A stretch of DNA of 64,000 nucleotides from Bdellovibrionota bacterium (GTDB taxonomy: Bacteria > Bdellovibrionota_C > UBA2361 > JBGSMV01), in NCBI GenBank assembly GCA_041739995.1, contig JBGSMV010000046.1, positions 1 to 64,000 on the forward strand. Reading direction: 5' to 3'. A program made the position numbers and the translations under genes. Under the pieces are notes generated by a model that did not search any database, was not told the origin of the DNA, and saw nothing but the letters and a program-made list of their open reading frames with translations. The stretch's first letter is position 1, and each line of letters starts with the position of its first letter. Positions 49,690-58,496 of the stretch are shown here, one piece after another.

Positions 49690-50062
49690 ACGTTTCTCCA
49701 CTTGCTAGATGAAATGGTAGAAGCGTGGTCGTTGAGGCGCGCACTTCAGAGATGTGGGGATGCCCAGAAGCTTCTCTTGTCGTTTTCTGCTCTGCGACTC
49801 CCTTCTCGCTCAGTACTTGAACTCCCCGAGAGGAAGTGGCGAGCATCCACTGCCTGTCCCCCCACTCCACGACAACAAGGCGTTGCTCCCGACCTATATT
49901 GATGGCCTCTCGAATCCGCATACCCACCTCGGCACGTTTTCCAATGCCGATTCTTCGCATGCGCACTGTGCGTACGGTGACTCCCCACAACACCAGGAGC
50001 ACGACGAGAAACGCTGCGCTACGCGCAAGCACTTTCAAATCTTCGGCGTTAAAAATCTCCAT
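49679..50062 (-). CDS. fliO: FliO-like export gate chaperone
   Basis: One TM helix, then MRI.E.INIG.EQRLVVVE.G...WML..S..GV.VL; directly upstream of fliP. Confidence 0.8.
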   Translation of the reverse strand: MEIFNAEDLKVLARSAAFLVVLLVLWGVTVRTVRMRRIGIGKRAEVGMRIREAINIGREQRLVVVEWGDRQWMLATSSRGVQVLSEKGVAEQKTTREASGHPHISEVRASTTTLLPFHLASGETYEA

Positions 50063-50068
50063 ATGTGC

Positions 50069-51127
50069 CTATCTCCTTAAGTATCCCTGCTGATTTCGTG
50101 GCTGCTCTCTATCACCGTCACAAACTTGATATCCTTTGCGGGTGAGTGCTGCTCGCACTTCTCGCAACGATCGTGAAAGTAGATGTCGATCCGCCAATTT
50201 TTCAGGGGCAATCATCATGCTGACTTGGCCCTCGACTGATCGGGAGATCTGCACCTGCACTACTCGGCCACCTTCTAACTGATATCCAAATCGCACCGAC
50301 TTCGGAGCTCCTTGCGCATCTGTTTCGACCCCCGATGTTTCAGAATTTTTCTGTAGGTGTGCAGCAAGGGCCTGTTTCCATTCGAGGACTCTTGCCGACT
50401 CTCCGCGAGCTTCAGGCGCTGACCCTGGTGAATTGAAATTGCGTTGATCTCGACTTTCACTAGAACCCTGCCCCATGCCGGCATTTCCTTCGGAAAGGCC
50501 TGCCAAGTTTGCCAAGTTTGATTCCGGCGCGCTCACGGCGAGCGGCTCCACAGAAGCCACAGATTCTGCAGACGAGCATGGCATTTCGGATTCTTTTAAA
50601 TGCTCGAATGCTCCAGCGCTCGACTTCTTGGTCTTGTCACACTGACGCCGAGAACCGACCAGCTGAGTGAGCTCGTCTGCTTGCGCGAATTCGCTTTGGA
50701 TCGCCTTCTTTCGCCCAAGCACTCGAACCATTTCGTCCAGACACTCTGCTCTTTGACGATGAAGACCAAGACTCTGAGTAGCTTGTGCCACGGTGTCGCG
50801 CTGCTCCCGCAGCTTAAGACCTGCAGAGCTCGCCGCAGTCCGTGCGTCTGCACCAATGTGTTGCGCACGCTTAACGGCTGCTTCGCAGCATTCTAGGATA
50901 AGACGCGGAGAACTATTGGTATGGCCCGGCCGCTCAGATCTCTCCCGTTCAACGCGCGAACGAGCCGCCCCAAACGCCGCTTCAAAAGCGCTGCGCTCCT
51001 GGGCAGCTTGGCTCTCGGTGACTCGAAGCGAAGAGCTTCGCTGGTGAAGTTGCACTTCGGCGTTTCTCACCAGACTTCGCTCGTACTCAGCTCTTCGCTG
51101 CACTATTTCGTTATCGAGCATTTCCAT
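50069..51127 (-). CDS. Coiled-coil (FliJ/SctO-like) protein with a C-terminal FliK/SctP T3S4-like domain
   Basis: N-terminal ~150-aa charged helix; low-complexity linker; C-terminal G..V.VQI....G.V.MMI......LL...L.E.R.AL...GY.V. Confidence 0.55.
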   Translation of the reverse strand: MEMLDNEIVQRRAEYERSLVRNAEVQLHQRSSSLRVTESQAAQERSAFEAAFGAARSRVERERSERPGHTNSSPRLILECCEAAVKRAQHIGADARTAASSAGLKLREQRDTVAQATQSLGLHRQRAECLDEMVRVLGRKKAIQSEFAQADELTQLVGSRRQCDKTKKSSAGAFEHLKESEMPCSSAESVASVEPLAVSAPESNLANLAGLSEGNAGMGQGSSESRDQRNFNSPGSAPEARGESARVLEWKQALAAHLQKNSETSGVETDAQGAPKSVRFGYQLEGGRVVQVQISRSVEGQVSMMIAPEKLADRHLLSRSLREVRAALTRKGYQVCDGDREQPRNQQGYLRR

Positions 51128-51178
51128 CGATCCTCTCCTTGCGAACCGCTGTTGCCGGCGCACTTTCCTTTGAGGTTG

Positions 51179-51565
51179 TTAGGGCTGTGATTGAAGTTTC
51201 TTGAGTGTCCCCTGAAAGCTATCCGCCACCTTTCCAATCATCTCGACTCGCAGATTCAGCTCGCCGGCTTTGATTTGGTACATCAGTAGCTCACGTGCGC
51301 TGAGCGACTTACCTTGCATGGCGGCATCACGAATTCCTAGCAAATCACGGTGGAGCGCTGTATCGAATACGTCGCCAATACTTGCGCCTCTCACACTTGC
51401 ACTTTGCGTAGTTCCTTCTATCCGCGGCTGCTCCTTTACCTTGTCGAGTACCTGCTGGAAACTTGGCTCAGAAGTCACATTCAGTCGTTGTGGTACCGCA
51501 GAGGTGGGCGCAGCCTGTGAAACAGACGACTGTGAAATAGCAAAGGCAGAGGTAATACTTTCCAT
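51179..51565 (-). CDS. SctI (inner rod)-like small protein
   Basis: C-terminus LSARELLMYQIKAGELNLRVEMIGKVADSFQGTLKKLQSQP matches the rod pattern (LL.xQ......EL..KV......L..L..Q); first gene of the export operon. Confidence 0.65.
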   Translation of the reverse strand: MESITSAFAISQSSVSQAAPTSAVPQRLNVTSEPSFQQVLDKVKEQPRIEGTTQSASVRGASIGDVFDTALHRDLLGIRDAAMQGKSLSARELLMYQIKAGELNLRVEMIGKVADSFQGTLKKLQSQP

Positions 51566-51790
51566 AGGGATGCAGCTCCTTCGGGCACGGAGTTTACGGA
51601 TCACCTCACAAGACTTCGGTGACCAGAGTCGAAGCGCTAATCGGAGATTTGGTGGAAAAGTTTCCTCCTGAGCATATAGGCTCAGGCAGCGCGGTAACCG
51701 CCTGGAACGATTTGCAAAAAAAACCACCTTAATGAGGTGTGCAGGAAAACTGCGAGAGGAGTGCTATGAAGGTTGCGCGCCGAAACCGTC

Positions 51791-52750
51791 CTATCGAGTC
51801 TCGCCGTCATCATCGGCCGCCCCGCCTAAAAGATCAGCTGGAGATTTAAGCCCCTGGGGTTCTTCAGGTGAGCCGACAAAATCTTCGCTTCGAAAATCAT
51901 CAGATCTTGCGCCAAAGAGAAGGTCGGCGAGGGACACGCTATCGTCATCACCTTCTTCTCCTCGCGCACCCCGGAGCCCACTAAGACTCACCTCTTCACC
52001 CGGCGCCAGTCCAACAGCCGGAGCCTTGAGCCCCCGACGAAACTCGGGAAACACAGGATCGTCGGCTCTGGCTGGCTCGCCCTGTTCTTCTAGGAGACGA
52101 TCCAGTGCAGATCTTAATCTAATGACATCGTAGCTCACCCGCAGGGCGACCCCTTGAATGCGAGCCACTAGATTCGCTCTGTCAATATTAGAGAACGTGA
52201 CCTCGGCGAGACGATTCGGATTCCACCTCACGTCCGCCGCTTCAAACGCCCGCCGCAACTCATCCGTAAGTTCACGTCGAGCGCTCGCGGCAACGTCAAT
52301 CGGTTCACTCACTTCTCCATTCCTTTCACCGATCACTCCGCTATTCACTGCTCCATTCACGGCGCGGTTCACGGCACCATTCAAGCTGCCATTTTGATCA
52401 GTCGCAGTCCCTGCCTGGGAATGGGGAGGCTCTGTGTGATCACCGCCCCCCTGAACCGCGCGAGGCTGCGAGGGAAGCGGTCTTACTGGCGCATCTATCT
52501 CGAGAGATGTTTTCTGCGAAAGAATTCGCGGCCGAAGGCGTATCTTGGCAAGGAAATTGGGATCTCGGCGTGCAAGCACTCCGAAGGGAGAATCCTCTGA
52601 AAATCCTCGGGCCGGCCGCAAAGAGCTCGCGACAGGGGGGAGAGAACCAGAGTCTGAGGCGCTGTCCCCGACCTGCAGCGGCAAAGCAGAGCTCGAAGCC
52701 TCATCGGGCTTGTCTATATTTGTGTCCTCTCGTGGTCTTTGCTGCAACAT
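51791..52750 (-). CDS. Hypothetical, largely disordered protein with a 12-bp coding repeat (NGAV-like)
   Basis: Long ORF; repeats at about 52339-52392. Confidence 0.55.
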   Translation of the reverse strand: MLQQRPREDTNIDKPDEASSSALPLQVGDSASDSGSLPPVASSLRPARGFSEDSPFGVLARRDPNFLAKIRLRPRILSQKTSLEIDAPVRPLPSQPRAVQGGGDHTEPPHSQAGTATDQNGSLNGAVNRAVNGAVNSGVIGERNGEVSEPIDVAASARRELTDELRRAFEAADVRWNPNRLAEVTFSNIDRANLVARIQGVALRVSYDVIRLRSALDRLLEEQGEPARADDPVFPEFRRGLKAPAVGLAPGEEVSLSGLRGARGEEGDDDSVSLADLLFGARSDDFRSEDFVGSPEEPQGLKSPADLLGGAADDDGETR

Positions 52751-52864
52751 ACACCCCCACTTTCTAACAACTGCGTCAGCGTACACGAGAGCGGAGAGCT
52801 AGAAAAACACTACAAAAACGCTAAATTATGGACAACTTTGTATTTAGTGGGCTCCAGGCACACT

Positions 52865-53329
52865 TTATTTTGATTTACGAATCTCAGAAGAGTCAAGGTT
52901 GCCGGCTTCATCACGCGCAGAACCAGACGCTAATTCAGCAAGAGTAGCAATAACTTGCGCATTAAAGTCGCGCTGACGCCGCAGCGTATCTTTAAAAAAG
53001 ACCCGCAGAATCGGAAACATGCAGCGCTTCGCCGCTACAATGAGTGGTCCAATAAATTTGCGATGCGACGACAGCTTCCGCGGAGCAACGAGGTCCACTT
53101 CCCAGAGCTGACACAGTCGTCTAAGGCGCTCAAGCACTTCGTTAGAAACATTAAGGCGATGGCGCACTGGGAGAAACGTTACGTCCTGCACGTAACGCAC
53201 GTCACCTTCCTTAAACGACCCCGAAGCAATCTTCTCTCGCACGCGACCTTGAAGACTGCGTTCGAGCTCCAAGACAGAGACCGGTGATTCTTGAGGAACT
53301 GAAATCCAACCCATAGTCATTAATCTCAC
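52865..53329 (-). CDS. Hypothetical protein resembling the coiled-coil adaptor modules of glycan methyltransferases/glycosyltransferases
   Basis: SSHRKFIGPLIVAAKR....LR......RQRDFN motif; directly downstream of a GT4 gene. Confidence 0.6.
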   Translation of the reverse strand: MRLMTMGWISVPQESPVSVLELERSLQGRVREKIASGSFKEGDVRYVQDVTFLPVRHRLNVSNEVLERLRRLCQLWEVDLVAPRKLSSHRKFIGPLIVAAKRCMFPILRVFFKDTLRRQRDFNAQVIATLAELASGSARDEAGNLDSSEIRKSK

Positions 53330-53379
53330 TGGCGGTCTTGCCTGCGACAGCCTTCTGGCTATCCTTCAAAACTTGGACT

Positions 53380-54516
53380 CTACCCTACTTTCACCAGCTC
53401 CTGAAACAGCTGCTCATACTGGGTAGTAACCCCCTCCCACTGATAGCAAAGTTCCGCTCGAGCTCGCGCCGACGCCCCAAGATCCTGTGTCTTTTCCGGG
53501 CTACACATCAGCTCCGACATACGCCTGGAAAGCACTGCAAAATCATTTTTGGGGTAATACCATCCGGCATCTCCCAAAACCTCGCGGTGCTCGGGAACAT
53601 CATTCGCAATCACTGCGTTTCCGTATGCCATGGCTTCCACTAAAGCCGGATGAGTGCCTCCCACCTCAGTGGCCTGAATGGTAATCGCACAGTGAGAACG
53701 AAGCTCCTGGTAAGCTTCCCCGAAACGAAACCCCGTAAAGATAACACCGGGAACCGCGCGCTCGCGCAATTGCTTCTTATACTCATCGGCATACGGCGCA
53801 TCTCCGACAATTACTAAAGGCATACGCCGATCCGCTTCGGGTAACATGCGATACGCCTCTATAACTCCGAGCGCATTATTCTCAGGCTCTAGGCGACTCA
53901 CATACAAAATAAAATTTCCCGACTTCAATCCGAACTCGGCCAGAGTCGCTCCCGGCTCGCGTCGATGCACCGTTGCTCCGTATGCGATCACCGTGGACGA
54001 AATTCCGTATTGTTCTAAATAGTAGTCGGCTATCACTTTCGCATCGGACACCACTCGTTGCCCAAACCATACCGAGCAGCGCTCGCCCAGGGAGTACCAA
54101 AGTTTGCCGACCTTGTTCCATTTGGTGCGCCGACGTTCAATGCCGTCGACGTTCACCGCGAGCGGAATTTTTCTTAAGTTCGCAAGCCAGGCGAAGGGAC
54201 TGTTGGCCGCGTTGCACAGCAACAAAACATCGAAGGCTCTGTCGCCACTACGCAGCGCCACATCGAGGAAACTAGTCAACGCATGCAGCGGGGTCTCTAG
54301 ATACTTGTGCATGATGGTGGGAACGACGCGACGTTGCACTCCTTTGAAAGCGCTATCCTCACGGCTTTTCTGGAAAAAAGGTCGGCGCCCATACACCGTC
54401 ACTTCATGCCCCTTGGCCACAAGGCGAACAGAGAGCTCCTCTGCAAAGGTTTCAAACCCGCCGTAGGCAGCAGGAATGCCACGAGTTCCTAAAATTCCGA
54501 TCCGTAGTCGTTTCAT
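53380..54516 (-). CDS. GT4 glycosyltransferase (DUF1972/rhamnosyltransferase-like)
   Basis: ILGTRGIPA.YGGFETFAEEL, NVDGIE.RR.KW, VSRLEPEN, EVGGTHPALVEAM. Confidence 0.92.
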   Translation of the reverse strand: MKRLRIGILGTRGIPAAYGGFETFAEELSVRLVAKGHEVTVYGRRPFFQKSREDSAFKGVQRRVVPTIMHKYLETPLHALTSFLDVALRSGDRAFDVLLLCNAANSPFAWLANLRKIPLAVNVDGIERRRTKWNKVGKLWYSLGERCSVWFGQRVVSDAKVIADYYLEQYGISSTVIAYGATVHRREPGATLAEFGLKSGNFILYVSRLEPENNALGVIEAYRMLPEADRRMPLVIVGDAPYADEYKKQLRERAVPGVIFTGFRFGEAYQELRSHCAITIQATEVGGTHPALVEAMAYGNAVIANDVPEHREVLGDAGWYYPKNDFAVLSRRMSELMCSPEKTQDLGASARARAELCYQWEGVTTQYEQLFQELVKVG

Positions 54517-54652
54517 GAACAGCCCTAAAAGCGCCGGTTCCAAGACCCCAGCGCCCCTGACCCTAGCCGCTCGCGTGAACTCGCTCAACGCAAAAAGTGT
54601 TTGAAATATTCCCTGCTTACAGTACTCTCGCGGACGGGAACTTTGCGAAGGA

Positions 54653-57379
54653 GTGAGAAGTTTGGGCTCGTTTCGCCGAATTCACGACCCCAAGAAAGAG
54701 CCACAGGAAGCCTCTAAGGGGGGGCTGTCTCCTGAGATCTCTCCATCAAGTGCCTCCAAGCCCCGTCGTCCTGGAACTCTAAGCATTCGGGGAAAGACCC
54801 AGCCTATCCAAACTATTCAAGTTCAGGCTTATCAAACCGAGCCGGACCAAAGAGCGGCCCTCCATACGGAGCAGCAAAGCGCCAAGAACCAGGCCAAGAG
54901 TAGCGGCTACCCTGATGTCAAATATAACGAGGAGCATAGAAGTGGAGGCAGCGCTTCCCTCGACGAGGCGCAAGACACCTCATCACTTATCCCGGCTACC
55001 ACTTCCCACGCCACTCGACCGGTCGAGCAAGACCTGGATGCCGGGGATCTCTCTCTTAGTCAGCAAGATCTTGGTTCCCGTGGGCTACAGGATTCGCCAC
55101 CTTCATCTGTCATTCCACAGGGCGAAAGTCTCTTCTCCCGCGCCCTCTCGGACAATGCCCAAGTTCTCGTTTTCTCCTATTCACCTCAACTCAAACGCCT
55201 GGTCTCATGGAGCGGAAACTCCTTGGAGGTCCTCGGTGCCTCGGAATCCTCACTCGTGAGAGATGGAAATCTATTTTTAAGACACGTTCACCCCGATGAT
55301 CGTTTTGGGGTTCTCGCTGCGCTCGAGTGCGCGCTTGAAGGCTCCGCTCCCTATCGCATCGCCTATCGCTGGGTCCGACCAGATCGCAACGAAGTCCGTT
55401 GGCTTTTGTGCCGCGCGGCACTGCAAGACTTCACTCCTGCCCAAGACACGCTAGCGCGCGGTGGCTCAGCGCACGCCGGACGAGTGTTGCAGGTCAGTGA
55501 TGCCAAAAAAGTCGGACCACTTTTTGAGGGAATGATCATCGACGTGTCCGAGACCGGGGCTCGGATTGCTTCGCATCCGGGAGATCAGGAACTGCCGAGC
55601 ATCAAATTCCTTGAAGGCCTCCCTGAGTTATTCTTTACCCTCGACAGAGATTTCCGACTCTCACAGACTAATCGCAGAGAGGCCAAGCGCCACGAAACAG
55701 ATCGCGATAGGTTCGGTCGCAATGAGTCAACTCGAAGCGACTCTAGTCGGAGCGCTCTGCCGTCCTCTCAACATGTTCAGATAGATGCTTTGGACTTTGG
55801 GGACACAAACTTCGATGTCACTCGATTTTCTGTCGGTCGCCCGGTACTCGAAGCCTTTGGCACTGAGACTTTACGACTGCAATATGGCCGGGTGTTTGAG
55901 CAAATTCTGTCCGGGGCACTCGACTCCTACAGAACGCGCCTCAATCACGTTGAACCTCCCCTGATGCTTCAATTGTTTCCCGTATGGTCTTCCTCAGGCG
56001 AGTTCTCAGCCGGAGAGAACCCTGAGAGAACCAGGGGCGAAATCCATGGCATTCTTGGCATTGTCTCGGAGCACTCTGTCGTTGCAGGACTTGAACGCCA
56101 AGTCATGGAACTACGCAAAGCTGAGAGCATGAGATCTCTCGCTTCTGGAGTTTCGCATCATGTGAACAATGTACTTCAAGGAATATTGGGACAGGCGACA
56201 CTAATTCAGTCACATCCAGGCGACACCGCTGCGGTCGCAAAAGAAGCGCTCAGCATTAGCGAACTTGTGCAGCGCGCTTCAGAATTAATGCAGCAGCTGT
56301 TCCTTTTCGATGACAGCGCAGGTGGTAGAGAGACCGCGGTAGACCTGAATCTCGCGGTCATGACCGCAGTAAGCGCCATCGAAGACTTATTTGCCAATCC
56401 TATCGAACTTCAGGTCTCATTCGGGAATCCCCTGCCGGTTTTTGCCAAGCAGCCGGTAGTAGTTGAGCTGATTCAAGAACTGCTTAGAGTCGCGAGAAAC
56501 TGCGCCCTCTCCCCACATCAACCTTCCCAACGAGCAGCATTCTCTCACCGTTCTCCCATAGAGCGCGTCACGAGAAACCATCCTGGTGAATCATTTGCCC
56601 CACATGAGCGGGTAATTCTCTCGGTAAAGACTCTGCATTGCGATACCGCGCCGGTCGATCTCCGAGGCCTTCAGAGTGGAAAGTTTTCACAACTTCTTAT
56701 CGCGGAGCATCCGTCGGGCAGCGAGCCCTCACGCGCTGACGTACAGCGCTCCTCTGCACGTATGGAGTCAGAGCATGGTGCGGATGTCGCATCCGCACCT
56801 TCATCTCCTCTAAGACGCATCCGTAACATTCGCTCGGTCACCAACAACCCCGCTTTTCGTAGAGCCCAAGCCTCCGCTGCGCGCATGGCGGGGACCATTA
56901 CCGTGGCACTTGACGACCAGTCGAATTTCGCCTTTTCGCTTTTTCTCCCCTCAGCAAACGTGGACGAGAATTCTCTTTTCGTTGTCGATCAACACGCCGC
57001 ACCCGAGGTTTTAATCGTCGATGACGATCTCACTATCTTGGGCACGATAGAGCACCTTTTACGGAATTTCGGCTACGAATGCGTCACCACACAGTCGGGC
57101 TCCAGAGCACTTGCGATGGCGCACGCATATCGCGCGTCCCTTAAGCTCGTCCTGCTCGACGCGATTATGCCAGGAGAAGACAGCGTCTCCCTACTCTCCT
57201 CTCTGCAAAAATTGAATCAGAGCTTAAAGATCGTCGGATTTACTGGTGCCGGGTCAGAAACAAGCAGTCTGATGTTAGCAGCGGGGGCTTCTCGCGTTTT
57301 GAAGAAGCCCGTGGAACCTAGTCTTTTGAGAGACGTGCTCCACTCCCTCATTGGAACCTCAAGCGCGATGAATTCATAG
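54653..57379 (+). CDS. PAS-containing hybrid kinase-like protein with an intact receiver and a degenerate ATPase domain
   Basis: PAS (HVHPDDR..YR..RPD...RWL), LASGVSHHVNN H-box, no DxGxG/F/G2 boxes, receiver IVDDD/LLD/KKP. Confidence 0.8.
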   Translation: MRSLGSFRRIHDPKKEPQEASKGGLSPEISPSSASKPRRPGTLSIRGKTQPIQTIQVQAYQTEPDQRAALHTEQQSAKNQAKSSGYPDVKYNEEHRSGGSASLDEAQDTSSLIPATTSHATRPVEQDLDAGDLSLSQQDLGSRGLQDSPPSSVIPQGESLFSRALSDNAQVLVFSYSPQLKRLVSWSGNSLEVLGASESSLVRDGNLFLRHVHPDDRFGVLAALECALEGSAPYRIAYRWVRPDRNEVRWLLCRAALQDFTPAQDTLARGGSAHAGRVLQVSDAKKVGPLFEGMIIDVSETGARIASHPGDQELPSIKFLEGLPELFFTLDRDFRLSQTNRREAKRHETDRDRFGRNESTRSDSSRSALPSSQHVQIDALDFGDTNFDVTRFSVGRPVLEAFGTETLRLQYGRVFEQILSGALDSYRTRLNHVEPPLMLQLFPVWSSSGEFSAGENPERTRGEIHGILGIVSEHSVVAGLERQVMELRKAESMRSLASGVSHHVNNVLQGILGQATLIQSHPGDTAAVAKEALSISELVQRASELMQQLFLFDDSAGGRETAVDLNLAVMTAVSAIEDLFANPIELQVSFGNPLPVFAKQPVVVELIQELLRVARNCALSPHQPSQRAAFSHRSPIERVTRNHPGESFAPHERVILSVKTLHCDTAPVDLRGLQSGKFSQLLIAEHPSGSEPSRADVQRSSARMESEHGADVASAPSSPLRRIRNIRSVTNNPAFRRAQASAARMAGTITVALDDQSNFAFSLFLPSANVDENSLFVVDQHAAPEVLIVDDDLTILGTIEHLLRNFGYECVTTQSGSRALAMAHAYRASLKLVLLDAIMPGEDSVSLLSSLQKLNQSLKIVGFTGAGSETSSLMLAAGASRVLKKPVEPSLLRDVLHSLIGTSSAMNS

Positions 57380-57509
57380 CTAATACAGTGTTGCTGAGCT
57401 CTTGCTTTCGACCCCACCTCATGCTCCTCGCGAGTGGGTAGCTTCTTCCCTATTTTTTCGGGCACAATGCCCCTTAGAAATTTGCTCGGCTTGGTTTAGT
57501 TGTCCGTCT

Positions 57510-58274
57510 ATGATTTTGTTTAAGCTTCTCTATTGGGTCGCGCTCATTGGCGCCGTGTTCGCCCTTGTGGCGGGAACAATCATGCTTGCCCAACTTTTTC
57601 ACCGCAGTTTTAAGCGCTACTGGTTTCTTTTTCCATTTCTATTAATTCCACCGCTTTTTTTATTGGTGCAAGCGCCTCAACTTTCATCGCTTCTCTGGCG
57701 CTTTCTTGCTTTGTTTTGCGTAGGACTGATGCTGTGGTCAATGTTCAACGGCGCCCTCGCCTCCTGGCTTTGGATTAAGCCGTCTAAGCCCATACCCCAA
57801 CCAGAGGGACTTCGGGAGGATGAAGAACCCCATTCACAGAGCACTCACTCGACCGTTCTTACTTGGGAAGAAGCCTTGCAAATAGTCCTCGCCCTTGAAG
57901 AACGAAGATGGGGATTGGGCTTTCCTCTTGAGTGGCTGGTTACCCAGTGTCAGGGGCTCCCTATTTTGCTGGAAGCGCTTGAACACCTCAAAGCTCGAGG
58001 ACATGTCGGTGATGCAGCGAAAGAACGCCACTCTGCTTCCAGCAATTCAAAAGCATCACATGCGAGTCCCCCTCCTCAAGCACCACACGAAATCCTGGGA
58101 GTTGCGCATGACGCGAGCGCAGGACAGATAAAGGATGCGTACAGAGAGCAAATGAAACGCTACCACCCTGATCGGCTGCATCAATTTGGGCCGGAGTTTG
58201 CGGCTCTTGCAACTGAAAAAACAAAGCTCATCCAGCAAGCCTTCGAGCACATGCTCGCTTCCCGCCCAAGCTGA
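57510..58274 (+). CDS. Membrane protein with a C-terminal J domain (DjlA-like)
   Basis: Three TM helices; PHEILGV...IKDAYR..MKRYHPDR...A.EKTK.IQ.AFE. Confidence 0.88.
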   Translation: MILFKLLYWVALIGAVFALVAGTIMLAQLFHRSFKRYWFLFPFLLIPPLFLLVQAPQLSSLLWRFLALFCVGLMLWSMFNGALASWLWIKPSKPIPQPEGLREDEEPHSQSTHSTVLTWEEALQIVLALEERRWGLGFPLEWLVTQCQGLPILLEALEHLKARGHVGDAAKERHSASSNSKASHASPPPQAPHEILGVAHDASAGQIKDAYREQMKRYHPDRLHQFGPEFAALATEKTKLIQQAFEHMLASRPS

Positions 58275-58282
58275 TAGTCAAA

Positions 58283-58486
58283 CTAGCCCCGTTTCGAATC
58301 GATCAGCGCTTTAAGCTTGGCAATTAAAGCTTTTTCTCCAAGGCCAAGTTCCGCTACCCGCAGCTCCTGCTCATCAACCATCACTACAGCCTCAAGCCCT
58401 TCTCGAAAAGGACGGCGCATAAAGCGGACGCGGTACCTTATGCTTCGGTGCTGAAATGTTTTTGTGTGGCTGATTTCGGAACTCAT
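58283..58486 (-). CDS. Small hypothetical protein (67 aa)
   Basis: Co-oriented, 10 bp downstream of guaA. Confidence 0.55.
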   Translation of the reverse strand: MSSEISHTKTFQHRSIRYRVRFMRRPFREGLEAVVMVDEQELRVAELGLGEKALIAKLKALIDSKRG

Positions 58487-58496
58487 CTCACGTCAA

